Shown: positions 48,476 through 58,990, numbered from the stretch's first letter. The stretch is 64,000 nucleotides of DNA from Sedimentisphaeraceae bacterium JB056 (GCA_044440125.1 JBITAJ010000006.1:1-64000); one strand, 5' to 3'. The notes: generated from the sequence alone by a model not told the origin. Numbers and translations are program-made.

Positions 48476-49899
48476 CACAGCGGCTCTTCCGGACAGCTTT
48501 GGCATAACCCAAGTTCATCGATTTTGCTGTTTTGTGACAATTTTTTTGCCGCATCTCTCAGAGCGGTTCGCAATGCTTCGGTTATTGTTGGGTGATAGTA
48601 TGGCATCTTGAGCATATCGGAGATTGTAAGTTTGTTTTGGATTGCCATTGCCAGTTGATGTATCATATGCTCACCGTCAGGGCATACAAGGTCTGCTCCA
48701 AGCAAAACCGCGGTATTCTTATCGGCGTATATGTGCATCAGTCCGCTGTTCCGCATTTCAAGCTCTGCTCGTGCCTGATCGGCAAAGTTAACCTCGCCTA
48801 TTACAAATTCCTTGTCTTGTTCGGTGAGCTGTTTGTATGTGAACCCTGCGGAGGCAATTTCAGGATCACTGAATACTATTTTGAGCGGGCTTCTGCGGCA
48901 GAATTTTTCAGTTGATTCAGCACATGCGTTATAGCCGGCGATGAGACCTTCATCCAAGGCCTCATGCAGGATAGGGCGGCATCCATTGGCGTCTCCGGTG
49001 ATAAATACCGGAAGGTTTTCTATCTGCATTGTTCGCCTGTCGTAAGAGGGCAATCCTCTTTCGTCAAGATTGATGTTCAGGTTTTCCAGTCCTATATCCG
49101 TTATATTCGGTTCCACGCCTATTGACAGAATTACCGCATCAACCTCGACTTCTGTATCAGGATGGGATACGCGTATTTTTCCGCCGGCATCGCTAAGCTC
49201 AAGCGGGCTGTTGCGATATATCGGGAACTCTTTGCCGATTATATCGATTGCGGCTTTGTTTACATATGGATTATCCATTGCCGCTATCCTATGGCCGGAA
49301 GTGAATCCTGTAATGTTTATGCCAAGCCTGCTGAGTGACTGACCGATTTCAAGTCCAACGGGGCCAAGCCCAATTGCGGCTATATCCTGAGGTATGTCCT
49401 CAAGCTCAAATATATCGTCGGTGGTTAGTATCCTCTTGCCGAATTTCTGCCATTGCTGAGGTATCCTTGGTTTGGCTCCTGTAGCGATTATTATTTTTTC
49501 AGTTTCTATAAGCTGATCGCCTGCCTGTACTGTGTTTTGCGATATAATCTTTGCTTGCGATGTTATGAGCTTGTCTGCCGCAAGTTCTTTTGTGACCTTG
49601 GCCATTGAACCGGCGAAATGATCTCTGAGACTGCGAACATGTTTGAGAACTTGAGGTATATCGACGCTTAAGTTTTCACTGCCGTTTATGCCTTTTGTTT
49701 TGAAGTTTTCTCGTTTATGGTAATCATTGGCCGCTGATATCAGAGCCTTTGAAGGCATGCAGCCTACACGTGCGCATTTTGTACCAAGAGGGCCGTTGTC
49801 TATGATGACGTAATCGTCAGTTATTCTGCGTACTTCCCGTAAAGCGGAGATGCCCGCACTTCCGGCTCCTATAATAACTACTTTAACTTTTGCTCCCAT
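48472..49899 (-). CDS. Dihydrolipoamide-dehydrogenase-like pyridine nucleotide-disulfide oxidoreductase
   Basis: IIGAGSAG, CARVGCMPSK redox pair, GLGPVGLE, YYHPTITE; extra Cys-rich tail LCQSCPEEPLC. Confidence 0.88.
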   Translation of the reverse strand: MGAKVKVVIIGAGSAGISALREVRRITDDYVIIDNGPLGTKCARVGCMPSKALISAANDYHKRENFKTKGINGSENLSVDIPQVLKHVRSLRDHFAGSMAKVTKELAADKLITSQAKIISQNTVQAGDQLIETEKIIIATGAKPRIPQQWQKFGKRILTTDDIFELEDIPQDIAAIGLGPVGLEIGQSLSRLGINITGFTSGHRIAAMDNPYVNKAAIDIIGKEFPIYRNSPLELSDAGGKIRVSHPDTEVEVDAVILSIGVEPNITDIGLENLNINLDERGLPSYDRRTMQIENLPVFITGDANGCRPILHEALDEGLIAGYNACAESTEKFCRRSPLKIVFSDPEIASAGFTYKQLTEQDKEFVIGEVNFADQARAELEMRNSGLMHIYADKNTAVLLGADLVCPDGEHMIHQLAMAIQNKLTISDMLKMPYYHPTITEALRTALRDAAKKLSQNSKIDELGLCQSCPEEPLC

Positions 49900-49928
49900 T
49901 GTATTTCTCCTGCTCGCAAGTCTTTATA

Positions 49929-51020
49929 TCAGTTATTTATTTCTATGGTTTCAAGCTCAGGGCTTTTCCTTGATCTTGTCAGAAGTTTGTATCCTGTTTC
50001 TGTTACAAGTACATCATCCTCTATTCTGATTCCAAGTTTGCCGGGGATATATACGCCCGGTTCTATGGTTATCACCTGTCCGGCTTCAAGGAGTGTCTCG
50101 TTCAATTTGTATATGGTTGGCGGCTCGTGTATGTACAAACCGAATCCATGTCCTGTGCCGTGTCCGAAATCAGGCAGACCGGCATCATCTATAACCTCTC
50201 TTGCCGATATATCTACATCGCTCATCTTTGCCCCGGCTTTAACCGCCTTTATAGCGGCAGCCTGTGCTTCAAGCACGCAATTGTAGGCTTCAATGTAGTC
50301 TTTTGATGGTTTGCCGACAGTGAAGCATCTGGTTATGTCACAGCAATAGCCTTTGTATTTTACTCCGTAGTCGATTAATATTGTGTCATTCTTGCGGAGT
50401 TTCCCTTTGCCTGGAATATGGTGGGGGCGTGAGCCATTGGCTCCGAAAGCCACTATCGTTTCGAATGCTGGGACTACAGCCCGCTTCCGCATCTCAAACT
50501 CAATTAGCCCTGCAAATTCACTCTCGCTTATACCTGCTCTTATTTGTGCAAACGCATCTTTGAGGACTTTTTTTGCGATCGAGGCAGCTTTTTTTATACA
50601 TGCGATTTCGTAATCATCTTTGTACTGACGAAGATTGCCTATGATATTTGTCACGGGTTCAAATTTGACTTTCAGCTCTTCATCCAGTGTGTTGTAGAGA
50701 GCTACTTTCAGGCTGCCTTCGGTTGCGATTTTTTTTATGGATTTGTTTTTCGCCGCTATTTTGGCTATTTCCTTATCCATTGCACCGCTTCGGTTGATTA
50801 TCGTGCAGTCGCATTCGATTTGTGCCTGCTCAATATAACGGCTGTCGGTTATGAGCCATACCTTTCGATTGTTGAGAAGCACCCAACTGTCATCGCCTGA
50901 AAACCCGGTAGTATATGTTACATTCTCTTTAGATGTGAGCAGTACCGCATCAAATCCTTCGGCTTTTATCTTTTTCCTTATATTGCGAACACGCTCTTTA
51001 ATCGCCTCTTTAATAGTCAT
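49929..51020 (-). CDS. Xaa-Pro aminopeptidase (M24B)
   Basis: TDSRYIEQA, PHH, IDYG...GYCCDITR, HGTGHGFG..IHE.P, TIEPGVY, GIRIEDDV. Confidence 0.92.
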   Translation of the reverse strand: MTIKEAIKERVRNIRKKIKAEGFDAVLLTSKENVTYTTGFSGDDSWVLLNNRKVWLITDSRYIEQAQIECDCTIINRSGAMDKEIAKIAAKNKSIKKIATEGSLKVALYNTLDEELKVKFEPVTNIIGNLRQYKDDYEIACIKKAASIAKKVLKDAFAQIRAGISESEFAGLIEFEMRKRAVVPAFETIVAFGANGSRPHHIPGKGKLRKNDTILIDYGVKYKGYCCDITRCFTVGKPSKDYIEAYNCVLEAQAAAIKAVKAGAKMSDVDISAREVIDDAGLPDFGHGTGHGFGLYIHEPPTIYKLNETLLEAGQVITIEPGVYIPGKLGIRIEDDVLVTETGYKLLTRSRKSPELETIEINN

Positions 51021-51124
51021 ACTGAATTTCCCAACCTGATTAAAATTACATCAAAACTATGAAATCAATTTTTACATTATAAGTTCAATTTGTCAAGCGA
51101 ATATCAATATATAATTATGAGCAT

Positions 51125-51161
51125 AAAAAAAGCACCGGTGGGATATTCCCATCGGTGCTTT
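51125..51161 (-). terminator. Intrinsic terminator after tsf
   Basis: A7-GCACCGGTGGGA...TCCCATCGGTGC, giving a U-tract on the minus strand. Confidence 0.8.
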
Positions 51162-51184
51162 GATATTTTATATACTCGAAAGTA

Positions 51185-52033
51185 TTAGGCAATTTCAATT
51201 CTTGCGAATTTCTTTACCGTAGCTGTGCCGCCGGCAGCCTTTGCAGCTGCAGCAACTGCCTGCTCAACAGTCATATCTTCATTCTTAACGAACTTCTGAT
51301 TAACGAGACAGTTGTCAGCGAGGAACTTGTTCATCTTGCCTTCAACGATCTTGTCGATGATGTTTGCAGGTTTATCTTTAACCTGGTCAGCAGCAATAGC
51401 TCTTTCCTTTTCGAGGATTTCTGCATCAAAGCTGTCTTTGTTGAGAGCAAGAGGCTTTGTAGCACTGATGTGCATACAAACATCGCTTGCAATAGCCTTA
51501 ATATCGTCGCTTGCCGCAACAGAAGCATCACTTGCTTCGATTTCAACGATAGCACCGATCTTGTTGTTGAAGTGGATGTATGTGCCTACACATGTATTGT
51601 CAGCGGCTTCATACTTAACGCAATCGCCTATTTCTGTCTTCTCACCAGTCTTGCTGACAAGGTCGGTGATGATTTCAGAAAATTTCTTGCCGTTAACGTC
51701 TGTGCTTGCCAGGTCGTCACAACCATTTGCCATTGCAGCGTCAGCCAGCATATCAGCTGTAGCAACAAAGTCATCATTCTTCGCAACGAAGTCTGTTTCG
51801 CAGCAAAGAGAAACCATTACAGTTGCATTTCCTTCTGTCTTGACAACAATCTTACCTTCAGAAGTGTCTCTTCCGGCACGTTTTTCCATTGTCGCGAGAC
51901 CTTTTTTACGAAGCATAGTCATTGCTTCGTCTACATTTCCATTTGTTTCCGTCAAGGCCTTCTTGCAATCCATCATGCCCTGACCGCTCATCTTACGCAG
52001 CTTCATTACCGCTGCAGCAGTTATCTCAGCCAT
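51185..52033 (-). CDS. tsf: Elongation factor Ts
   Basis: VMKLRKMSGQGMMDCKKAL, CETDFVAKN, downstream of rpsB. Confidence 0.97.
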   Translation of the reverse strand: MAEITAAAVMKLRKMSGQGMMDCKKALTETNGNVDEAMTMLRKKGLATMEKRAGRDTSEGKIVVKTEGNATVMVSLCCETDFVAKNDDFVATADMLADAAMANGCDDLASTDVNGKKFSEIITDLVSKTGEKTEIGDCVKYEAADNTCVGTYIHFNNKIGAIVEIEASDASVAASDDIKAIASDVCMHISATKPLALNKDSFDAEILEKERAIAADQVKDKPANIIDKIVEGKMNKFLADNCLVNQKFVKNEDMTVEQAVAAAAKAAGGTATVKKFARIEIA

Positions 52034-52077
52034 AGTTAAGCTCCCTTAACCAAGTGATTATTAATGTATGATTTTGA

Positions 52078-52120
52078 TAAAACATAAACCTGTAGCCCCG
52101 ATGTTTCAAGGCTACAGGAT
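52078..52120 (-). terminator. Terminator-like hairpin between rpsB and tsf
   Basis: Minus strand CCTGTAGCC...GGCTACAGG-TTTATGTTTT. Confidence 0.5.
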
Positions 52121-52173
52121 CTTTTCGCTATTTTACGCCACAGGCTTTAAGCCGTCGGGGCCCGTAGCGATAA

Positions 52174-53052
52174 TTACGCCTCGGCAGGTTTGTCTGCACT
52201 TTCAGGAGCCGCTTCAGCGCTAACTTCAGCTTCTACCTTTGGTGCTTCTTCTTCTGTTGCTGGCGCTTCTGTGTTTTCTGCTTCGGCAGATTCTTCCGCA
52301 TCAGCTCTGCGAACACGTCGCTTGCTTCTGCCGCGAAGATCACCTTCAGTTGCTGTTGCCTGAATCCTTGCCATTGTCTTACCTTCGGCTACTGCCGCGG
52401 CAAGCTCATTAAGGATCAATTCGATACCCTTTGTTGAGTCATCATTGGCTGGGATGGCAATATCAACCATATCAGGATTTGAGTCGGTATCGATGATGCC
52501 GATTGTAGGAATGCCAAGCTTCTTGGCTTCAGCAAGAGCGTTCTTCTCTTTCTTAACGTCAACGATAACCATTGCACCAGGCATACGGTTAAGGTTTCTC
52601 AAACCGTCAAGGTTGACCTTGATCTTGTTGAGTTCACGTTTGAGTTGAGATGCTCTCTTCTTGCTTTCAGAGGCGATAGAGCCGTCCTGTTCCATCTTCT
52701 CGAGCTCTTCCATACGCTGTACACGTGAACGGATAGTTCTGAAGTTGGTCAGTGCGCCACCGAGCCATCTGTTGTCAATGAAGTGCATGCCTGTTTCTTT
52801 GGCAGCAGCGATTACGGCCTTTTTAGCCTGACGCTTGGTACCAACGAAAACAACATCTTTACCCGAAGAAACCACCGTGGTAAGAAGCTTTTTACTGATA
52901 AGCAGCCCCTTGAGTGTTTCCTTCACATTAATAATGTGGATCATCCCGCGTTTCGAGAAGATGTACGGTGCCATCTTCGGATTCCAACGGGAAGTTCCGT
53001 GACCGAAGTGTACGCCGGCCTCGATGAGTTGGCGTGCCAGTTCTTTACTCAC
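52174..53052 (-). CDS. rpsB: 30S ribosomal protein S2 with an acidic C-terminal tail
   Basis: EAGVHFGH..SRWNPKM, VGTKRQA, RWLGG.LTNF, IPANDD. Confidence 0.97.
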   Translation of the reverse strand: MSKELARQLIEAGVHFGHGTSRWNPKMAPYIFSKRGMIHIINVKETLKGLLISKKLLTTVVSSGKDVVFVGTKRQAKKAVIAAAKETGMHFIDNRWLGGALTNFRTIRSRVQRMEELEKMEQDGSIASESKKRASQLKRELNKIKVNLDGLRNLNRMPGAMVIVDVKKEKNALAEAKKLGIPTIGIIDTDSNPDMVDIAIPANDDSTKGIELILNELAAAVAEGKTMARIQATATEGDLRGRSKRRVRRADAEESAEAENTEAPATEEEAPKVEAEVSAEAAPESADKPAEA

Positions 53053-53083
53053 GAAAAATCTCCTAAAATAAATAAACTAATAA

Positions 53084-53147
53084 CTATCTTCCTGTCTACG
53101 CCGACAGAAAAGACTACTAAGAATAGTGAAAATGACGCCAAAGTCAA
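53084..53147 (-). promoter_or_regulatory. rpsB promoter and 5'-leader hairpin
   Basis: Minus strand TTGACT (53147-53142), 16 nt, TATTCT (53125-53120), then TCTTTTCTGTC-GGCGTA-GACAGGAAGA hairpin. Confidence 0.45.
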
Positions 53148-53261
53148 GTTTTTTAAAGAATTGACGCTGATTTTAACGAGATTTTAAGCCTGCATCGTTA
53201 ATTAGTGATAGATAAAACAATATATGTAGATAAAGAAGATTCTTAATGTCTGTAAAATGTG

Positions 53262-54692
53262 CTATTTGCATTTATCTTTGTCAAATTTGATATTCAGCAA
53301 TTGGCAAGGTTTAATGTTTTCAAGTTTTTGTATAAGCTCTTTGCCCCAGAATATTTCTAATTCTACAGGTGCGGTGTTTGAGCCGAGGCCGAAGTGGAGT
53401 GTCATATCGTTTTGATTGCCCTGACCGGTTCCGGCTTCAACTTGCCTTGAAAGGGTTTTGTCACCAAGTTTGATTCGCGCCTGAGCGCCTATGGCATCGG
53501 TGTTTATGACCTTTCCATCGCCGCGGAGCTTGATTTTTAGCCAGTTATTGCTGTTTTTTCCGTTAACAAACAGTTTGCCGTTGGCAAGAAGATCAATATG
53601 CCCATCATTGTTGATGTCTGCCCAGCATGCCTGATATGTTGAACGAAGACCGTTTAGTCCGGTCTCTTTCGTTACGTTAGTGAATTTCCAGTTGCCGTCA
53701 TTGCGGTAGAGAACGGGCTCGTTTTTCTTTCCGAAAGATGCAGTATCGTAAACTGTTGTGAAGAAAAGGTCTACATCACCATCGTTATCAAAGTCGGCTG
53801 CTGCCGGTGAGGCATATGATTCCTGATAGTGAAGGCCGCATTGGCCCATATCGTCAAAAGCATAGCTGTCTTTTTCGCCTTTATTGCGAAGGAATACTGA
53901 TTGCGGCTGGTCACCTCTTGAGTCGCGGTGTGCAAAATTACCGGCAAAGATATCGAAATTGCCGTTATTATCAAAATCGGCCCAGCATGCACCTATAGAA
54001 TGCCCGCCTCTGAATCCTTTCTTTGTGGCAACAGCATTTTTGAGCTTAGTGATGTCTGTAAGTTTGCCGCCGGCTTCGCTTTGCCATAAGATATTGGGCA
54101 TTAGACGGTAGTTTGAAACGTATATTTCGGTATAGCCGTCATTATTGAAGTCGCAGCCGGTTACGCCTCTGGCTCTGTAGCGTTTGTCATCAAAGGTTTT
54201 GCGGAAGGTTTTGCCGCCGATATTTATCAGCATTGCATCGGGGAAGGTTAAGTTCTTTTTCCAGTCCTCGTAGCCTCCGATATAGATGTCGACAAATTCA
54301 TCACCGTTGAAATTTCCAAAACATGCACCGAGGGAAGTTCGGATAGGCAGCTTAGGGAATGGCAGGGGAGTAACTTTCTTGCCGCCTTCATTTTTGAACA
54401 TTTTGCGATTGCTGAAGCTCAGCGCATCGGGAAAGCCATCGTTATTAATATCGGCAAAGATACATTTGCCGCCTATTTTAATCGATTTTGAAAACTTCTG
54501 CCCCTCTTCATTACGCCAGATAAACGGCGGATTATAAAGATCAACCCAGCCGTCGTTATCAAAATCAATGAAAGCAGATTCTGTATTGTTGAGTTTCAGG
54601 CCAAGCTCAGAAGTCTGGTTAGTAAATTTTGCATGAGCAATGATGCTTGAAGAAAAAAAACTAACGAATATTAATAACAGTTTGTGTCGCAT
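53262..54692 (-). CDS. CRTAC1/ASPIC-UnbV-family protein with FG-GAP-like repeats
   Basis: Signal peptide; repeated DF(D/N)NDG..D(L/I); C-terminal NNWLKIKLRG...AIGA...LHFGLG...IFW. Confidence 0.88.
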   Translation of the reverse strand: MRHKLLLIFVSFFSSSIIAHAKFTNQTSELGLKLNNTESAFIDFDNDGWVDLYNPPFIWRNEEGQKFSKSIKIGGKCIFADINNDGFPDALSFSNRKMFKNEGGKKVTPLPFPKLPIRTSLGACFGNFNGDEFVDIYIGGYEDWKKNLTFPDAMLINIGGKTFRKTFDDKRYRARGVTGCDFNNDGYTEIYVSNYRLMPNILWQSEAGGKLTDITKLKNAVATKKGFRGGHSIGACWADFDNNGNFDIFAGNFAHRDSRGDQPQSVFLRNKGEKDSYAFDDMGQCGLHYQESYASPAAADFDNDGDVDLFFTTVYDTASFGKKNEPVLYRNDGNWKFTNVTKETGLNGLRSTYQACWADINNDGHIDLLANGKLFVNGKNSNNWLKIKLRGDGKVINTDAIGAQARIKLGDKTLSRQVEAGTGQGNQNDMTLHFGLGSNTAPVELEIFWGKELIQKLENIKPCQLLNIKFDKDKCK

Positions 54693-55252
54693 AATTTATC
54701 TATTTCCCAATTTTTGGGATTATTATAGATATAATCGCTCATATTGTCCAGTTCTCTTTGATTTCGGATTATGCGTTCCCAGAAGCTCCGCTGCCAGAGA
54801 CGTTTATGAAATGGCTGCCAGTTATTATTTTTGACATTGCGGATATATTCGTTTGTCGACATCCGTTTGAACCATGAAACATATTGCCCCAATGTGCGGC
54901 TATGTAGGGGCGAAACAATGTTTTCGCCCGTTTCCTCTGATTTATAATAAATCTTAGATTCTCCTGATTTATCCGATATTTGATTGCCGGAAGTTATTGT
55001 GATGATTCCATGTATATGATTGGGCATTATTATGTAAGGTTCAATTCCAAGTTCAAATCTTTTTCCAAGAGCCAGCCACCACCTCTGAATCATAAAACCG
55101 ATTTCATTCAGTTTTATTTCGTGTCTTTCGATTTTGCCGAACAGAGAGAAATGATATTGGGAGCATATCGTGATGAAATATTTGCCGTTTTCAGAATAAT
55201 CAAAATCTTTCAGGCGTACAGAACGCCTTTGAGGATATTTCTCTGATTGCAT
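54671..55252 (-). mobile_element. REP-associated tyrosine (Y1/HUH) transposase, RAYT
   Basis: RRSVRLKDFDYSENGKYFITICS, HUH motif MPNHIHGII, LWQRSFWERIIRN, YIYNNP..WE.D; ATG 55252 follows AAGGGAGA. Confidence 0.9.
54904..54933 (+). repeat. REP inside the RAYT coding sequence
   Basis: GTAG-GGGCGAAA-CAATGT-TTTCGCCC-GTTT. Confidence 0.85.
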
Positions 55253-55327
55253 TTTATTTCTCCCTTTAAATCTCTCCGTCAAAGCGTGTTTTATTTGGGG
55301 TATACCCAAACATTTTTATTTTTGGAT

Positions 55328-55357
55328 AAACGGGCGAAAACATTGTTTCGCCCATAC
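55328..55357 (-). repeat. REP upstream of RAYT, inverted copy of 54904-54933
   Basis: Reverse complement reads GTAT-GGGCGAAACAATGTTTTCGCCCGTTT; 26 nt are identical to 54908-54933. Confidence 0.85.
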
Positions 55358-55360
55358 GGA

Positions 55361-55834
55361 TCATTCATTGCTGTATGGTATTACCATTACTGCGCAGTGG
55401 GCTTTTCTAACGATTTTTTCTGAGACGTTTCCGGAAAGAGCTTTTGTCAGTGAGCCGTGGCCCTGGCGTCCGAGTACTATCAGATCTATATCCATTTCCC
55501 TGGCGTATTCAAGTATCTGTTCGGAATCCTTGCCAACGCGGCACTGCACTTCCATTTCCATTCCTGCGGGCAGTTTACTGCGGTATGCCTCTTCGATTCT
55601 GGCATCTATATCGTGCTTTGCCTTGATATCAACGCCCTCGACCTCATAAATATACTGCTTCCAGAATTGTGATTCGCTTTCCGGGATTACATGCAGAAGA
55701 TAGAGCTTTGCGTTTTCTCTCTTCATTGCCGCATCTACGGCATAATTGAATGCAAAGTCGGCATTTTGCGAAAAGTCAGTACAGAAAAGTATGCGATCAA
55801 GCGAAGTTTTCGGAAATTGCTGTGTATTTTCCAT
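55361..55834 (-). CDS. Universal stress protein (UspA family)
   Basis: ILFCTDFS, LLHV, DLIVLGRQG...GNVSEKIVRKAHCAVMVIP. Confidence 0.92.
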   Translation of the reverse strand: MENTQQFPKTSLDRILFCTDFSQNADFAFNYAVDAAMKRENAKLYLLHVIPESESQFWKQYIYEVEGVDIKAKHDIDARIEEAYRSKLPAGMEMEVQCRVGKDSEQILEYAREMDIDLIVLGRQGHGSLTKALSGNVSEKIVRKAHCAVMVIPYSNE

Positions 55835-55887
55835 TTTAAATCCTCCGTTAGTTTAACCACGAATTATACTAAAATCACTAAATGATA

Positions 55888-57189
55888 TCAGCCTACAAGT
55901 TCAGGTAGGAACAAACACAGTTTTGGGAATATCATAAGCAGAATCGCCCCGATTATAAGCGAAAGCAAGAACGGCATAGAGCCGCGGAATATCTTTTGCA
56001 GCGGCACATCGCGTTCAATTCCGCTTACTACATACACATTAACACCAACCGGCGGTGAGATAACACCCATCTGTGTTACCACAACGATTATTACTCCAAA
56101 CCATATCGGATTGAATCCAAGCTGTATTATTACAGGATAGAAGATCGGTATGGTGAGCAGAATCAGTGCCAGAGCATCCACAAAACAACCGACGAACAGA
56201 TAGAACAATATTATTATTCCGATGATCATCCAGCCCGGCAGCGGCAAGGAACACAAGCAGTTTGCCAGTTCGAATGGGATTCTTGTTACTGCCAAAAAAT
56301 GCCCGAATATTACCGCGCCGGTAACTATTATCATTACCATGCATGATGTTCTTACTGTTTCGTTCAGCGAACGAGCCAGCATTTTGTAGCTCATTTTACC
56401 TCTGCATAATGCTATTATCATACTTCCTGCCGCACCGATTGCCGCAGCTTCGGTTGGAGTGAAGAAACCGGCAAACATTCCGCCAATAACGATTATGAAG
56501 AGTATTATTGTTTCGAGGATTCCTGCAAGTGATTTGAGTTTTTCGCCAATCGTGAAGCCTTCCGCGGCAGGGCCCAGATGTTTATGGCGTTTGCAGTTTA
56601 TATATATCACGAGGCAGAACAGGAACGCTATAAGTACGCCGGGAACAATTCCTGCAATAAAAAGTTGGCCTACGGATTGCTCTGTGAGTATTGCGTATAC
56701 GATAAAAACAACGCTTGGCGGAATCAGCATACCGAGGCTTCCGCCTGCGGCTACCGCACCGCAGCTCAGTTCCATATCATATTTATACTTTTTCATTTCC
56801 GGTATGGCAACGAGAGCCATAGTCGCGGCAGTTGCCGGACCGGATCCGCATATTGCCCCGAATGCCGTGCATGCACCTACGGTTGCCATTGCAAGGCCGC
56901 CGGGAAGATGTCCAAGCCATTTATAAGCGGCATTAAAAAGTCTGCTGCTTATGCCGGAATGGAACGAAATTTGTCCCATAAGTATAAACAGCGGTATAAC
57001 AGTGAGGCTGTATGATGAAAAAGTTTCGTAAAGGTCTACTGTTATCACGCTTGCCGCAGCCTGTGGCGATACGATTATCGCAAATCCAATAAAACCTACG
57101 ATTGCCATGGAGAACGCTACCGGCATACTTGCCGCAAGCAGTATTAAGAGTAAAATGCATCCGGTTATACCAACCTGTACAGGTGTCAT
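55888..57189 (-). CDS. dctM: TRAP transporter large permease DctM
   Basis: IPLFILMG, GGSLGMLIPPS, FTPTEAAA, SPPVGVNVYV; polytopic membrane protein. Confidence 0.93.
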   Translation of the reverse strand: MTPVQVGITGCILLLILLAASMPVAFSMAIVGFIGFAIIVSPQAAASVITVDLYETFSSYSLTVIPLFILMGQISFHSGISSRLFNAAYKWLGHLPGGLAMATVGACTAFGAICGSGPATAATMALVAIPEMKKYKYDMELSCGAVAAGGSLGMLIPPSVVFIVYAILTEQSVGQLFIAGIVPGVLIAFLFCLVIYINCKRHKHLGPAAEGFTIGEKLKSLAGILETIILFIIVIGGMFAGFFTPTEAAAIGAAGSMIIALCRGKMSYKMLARSLNETVRTSCMVMIIVTGAVIFGHFLAVTRIPFELANCLCSLPLPGWMIIGIIILFYLFVGCFVDALALILLTIPIFYPVIIQLGFNPIWFGVIIVVVTQMGVISPPVGVNVYVVSGIERDVPLQKIFRGSMPFLLSLIIGAILLMIFPKLCLFLPELVG

Positions 57190-57695
57190 AGCTTTATCAT
57201 CTCCCGGTTTGGATTAACAAGGTTGTAGAGTATAACGAGGGTTACGATCAGGCAGCAGAAGGAAATTACATGTGCTATCCAGAATACAGGGAGCTGCAGG
57301 GTTTGGGTTACCTGACCGGTTCTGTAAAGCTCGATTCCGTACATGAAACTTCTTACTGTGAGGAATGTAAAGAGACTACTTGATATGCATCGCATTATAG
57401 CATCAACGGCGATACGGCTCTTTCTGCCAAGTTTGTGGAAGAAGAACTCAATCGCCACATGCCCTTTGACTGCTGTTGTGTACGGCAGGGCCGCAGCCAA
57501 TGTTATGGCACTAAGCAGTTTTACAAGATCGTAAGCTCCGGCGACCGGAAAACCGAATCGCCGGAGTATGACATCTGCACAAGTTATTGCTATCATTACG
57601 AAGACACTGGTTCCTGATATGAATATCAGCGTTTTGACGATTGAACGCAGTGTTGTAACGTAAGTGTTTGATATCTTTTTAAAAAAATCAGCCAT
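57186..57695 (-). CDS. dctQ: TRAP transporter small permease DctQ
   Basis: About 4 TM segments, DVILRRF, GHVAIE; 4-nt overlap with dctM. Confidence 0.9.
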   Translation of the reverse strand: MADFFKKISNTYVTTLRSIVKTLIFISGTSVFVMIAITCADVILRRFGFPVAGAYDLVKLLSAITLAAALPYTTAVKGHVAIEFFFHKLGRKSRIAVDAIMRCISSSLFTFLTVRSFMYGIELYRTGQVTQTLQLPVFWIAHVISFCCLIVTLVILYNLVNPNREMIKL

Positions 57696-57706
57696 GAGGT
57701 TGAGTG

Positions 57707-58765
57707 TTATTTTTCCTGATATTCAAGGATAAGCTCTTTAATGCGGCTTAGGAATTCTTCGCCTTTCAAGCCCTTTTCGGTAGTGTTTTTGCTGTATTCA
57801 GCAAGTATCGGTTCAACTTTTTCCTCGAAAAGCTTGTTTTGCTCATCTGAAAGAGTTATGACTTCGTGTCCAAGCTCTTTTATGAAAGCGAATCCCTCAG
57901 CATCTGCCTGATCCCAGGCTGCTCCGTGTTTCGCTACCCACTCATTACTTACTTCAGTGAACACAGACTTCTGCTCTTCGCTCAGGCTGTTCCATTTTGC
58001 CTTGTTCATTACAACAAACATTGATGTTGTGTAACCGATGGCAGATGTGTCGGTAACTGATTCGATTACCTCGCCTTGCTTCCAACCCTTGAGTGTCTCT
58101 GCGGGGCAGAATGTTGCTTCTACTACACCTTTTTGCAATGCTTCGTAGGTTTCCGGCTGGCTCATAGCTATAGGAGTAGCACCAAGGCTTGTTACTATCT
58201 TTGAAGAAAGACCGGTAGCTCTTATTTTCATACCGCTCATGTCTTCAAGGCTGTTTACCGGCTTCTTTGAAGCCAGTATTCCAGGGCCGTGAGCATGGAT
58301 GTAGAGCAGCTTAACATCTGAGAGTTCTGCAGGCTCGAATTCTTTTGCCATTTGTGTGGCTATTGTTGTTGCAGCCATTCCTGAAGGGTAACCCAATGGA
58401 AGATCGAGACCTTCGAGCAGAGGGAATCTGCCGCGAGTATATGCAAAGCAGCTCATTCCTATATCTGATATGCCGTTGACAACGCCATCATAGCACTGTG
58501 GTGCTTTTGTGAGTGTGCCTGCGGGATAAATGGTAATCTCAACGCTGCCGTTAGTGCGTTTCTTGATTTCTTCTGCCCAAGCTTCAGCAGTCTTGCACTG
58601 AATGTGTGATGGTGGAAAGAATACGCTGTAAGATAGTTTTACAACATCTTGCTTTGCTTCTTTTGTTCCACTGTTAGCGTTGTCAGGCGCTTTCTTACAA
58701 CCACCTATTATCGCTAAACTTAAAGCGATTACCACTACAACACTGATGGCTCTGAATGTTCTCAT
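57707..58765 (-). CDS. dctP: TRAP substrate-binding protein DctP, predicted lipoprotein
   Basis: Lipobox-like [32 protein letters not shown]. Confidence 0.9.
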   Translation of the reverse strand: MRTFRAISVVVVIALSLAIIGGCKKAPDNANSGTKEAKQDVVKLSYSVFFPPSHIQCKTAEAWAEEIKKRTNGSVEITIYPAGTLTKAPQCYDGVVNGISDIGMSCFAYTRGRFPLLEGLDLPLGYPSGMAATTIATQMAKEFEPAELSDVKLLYIHAHGPGILASKKPVNSLEDMSGMKIRATGLSSKIVTSLGATPIAMSQPETYEALQKGVVEATFCPAETLKGWKQGEVIESVTDTSAIGYTTSMFVVMNKAKWNSLSEEQKSVFTEVSNEWVAKHGAAWDQADAEGFAFIKELGHEVITLSDEQNKLFEEKVEPILAEYSKNTTEKGLKGEEFLSRIKELILEYQEK

Positions 58766-58948
58766 TGCATTATCTCCTGTAATACCAATAAACTAAAAAT
58801 TAAGGGCAAAACGCAAACACAGATAACACGATTACGCTTCAACCCACACTACCTTAATTGTGGCATTTTACACATACTTAAAGAAAAAAGCAAATAACTT
58901 CCAACTATTTAGTACGGTTTCGTATATGCTGATTTCATCAAAATAAGC

Positions 58949-58990
58949 AAAAAAAAGGCCGACTGCCATATCTCTGGCTGCCGGCCTTTA
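58949..58990 (-). terminator. Intrinsic terminator after the 59012-61357 gene
   Basis: A-run, GGCCGACTGCCA...TGGCTGCCGGCC, giving a U-tract on the minus strand. Confidence 0.65.

Noticed and set aside
51312..52039. Long plus-strand ORFs (223 and 189 aa) opposite tsf, and many similar short antisense ORFs in the track
   Set aside because: Shadow frames of codon-biased genes with no recognisable motifs.
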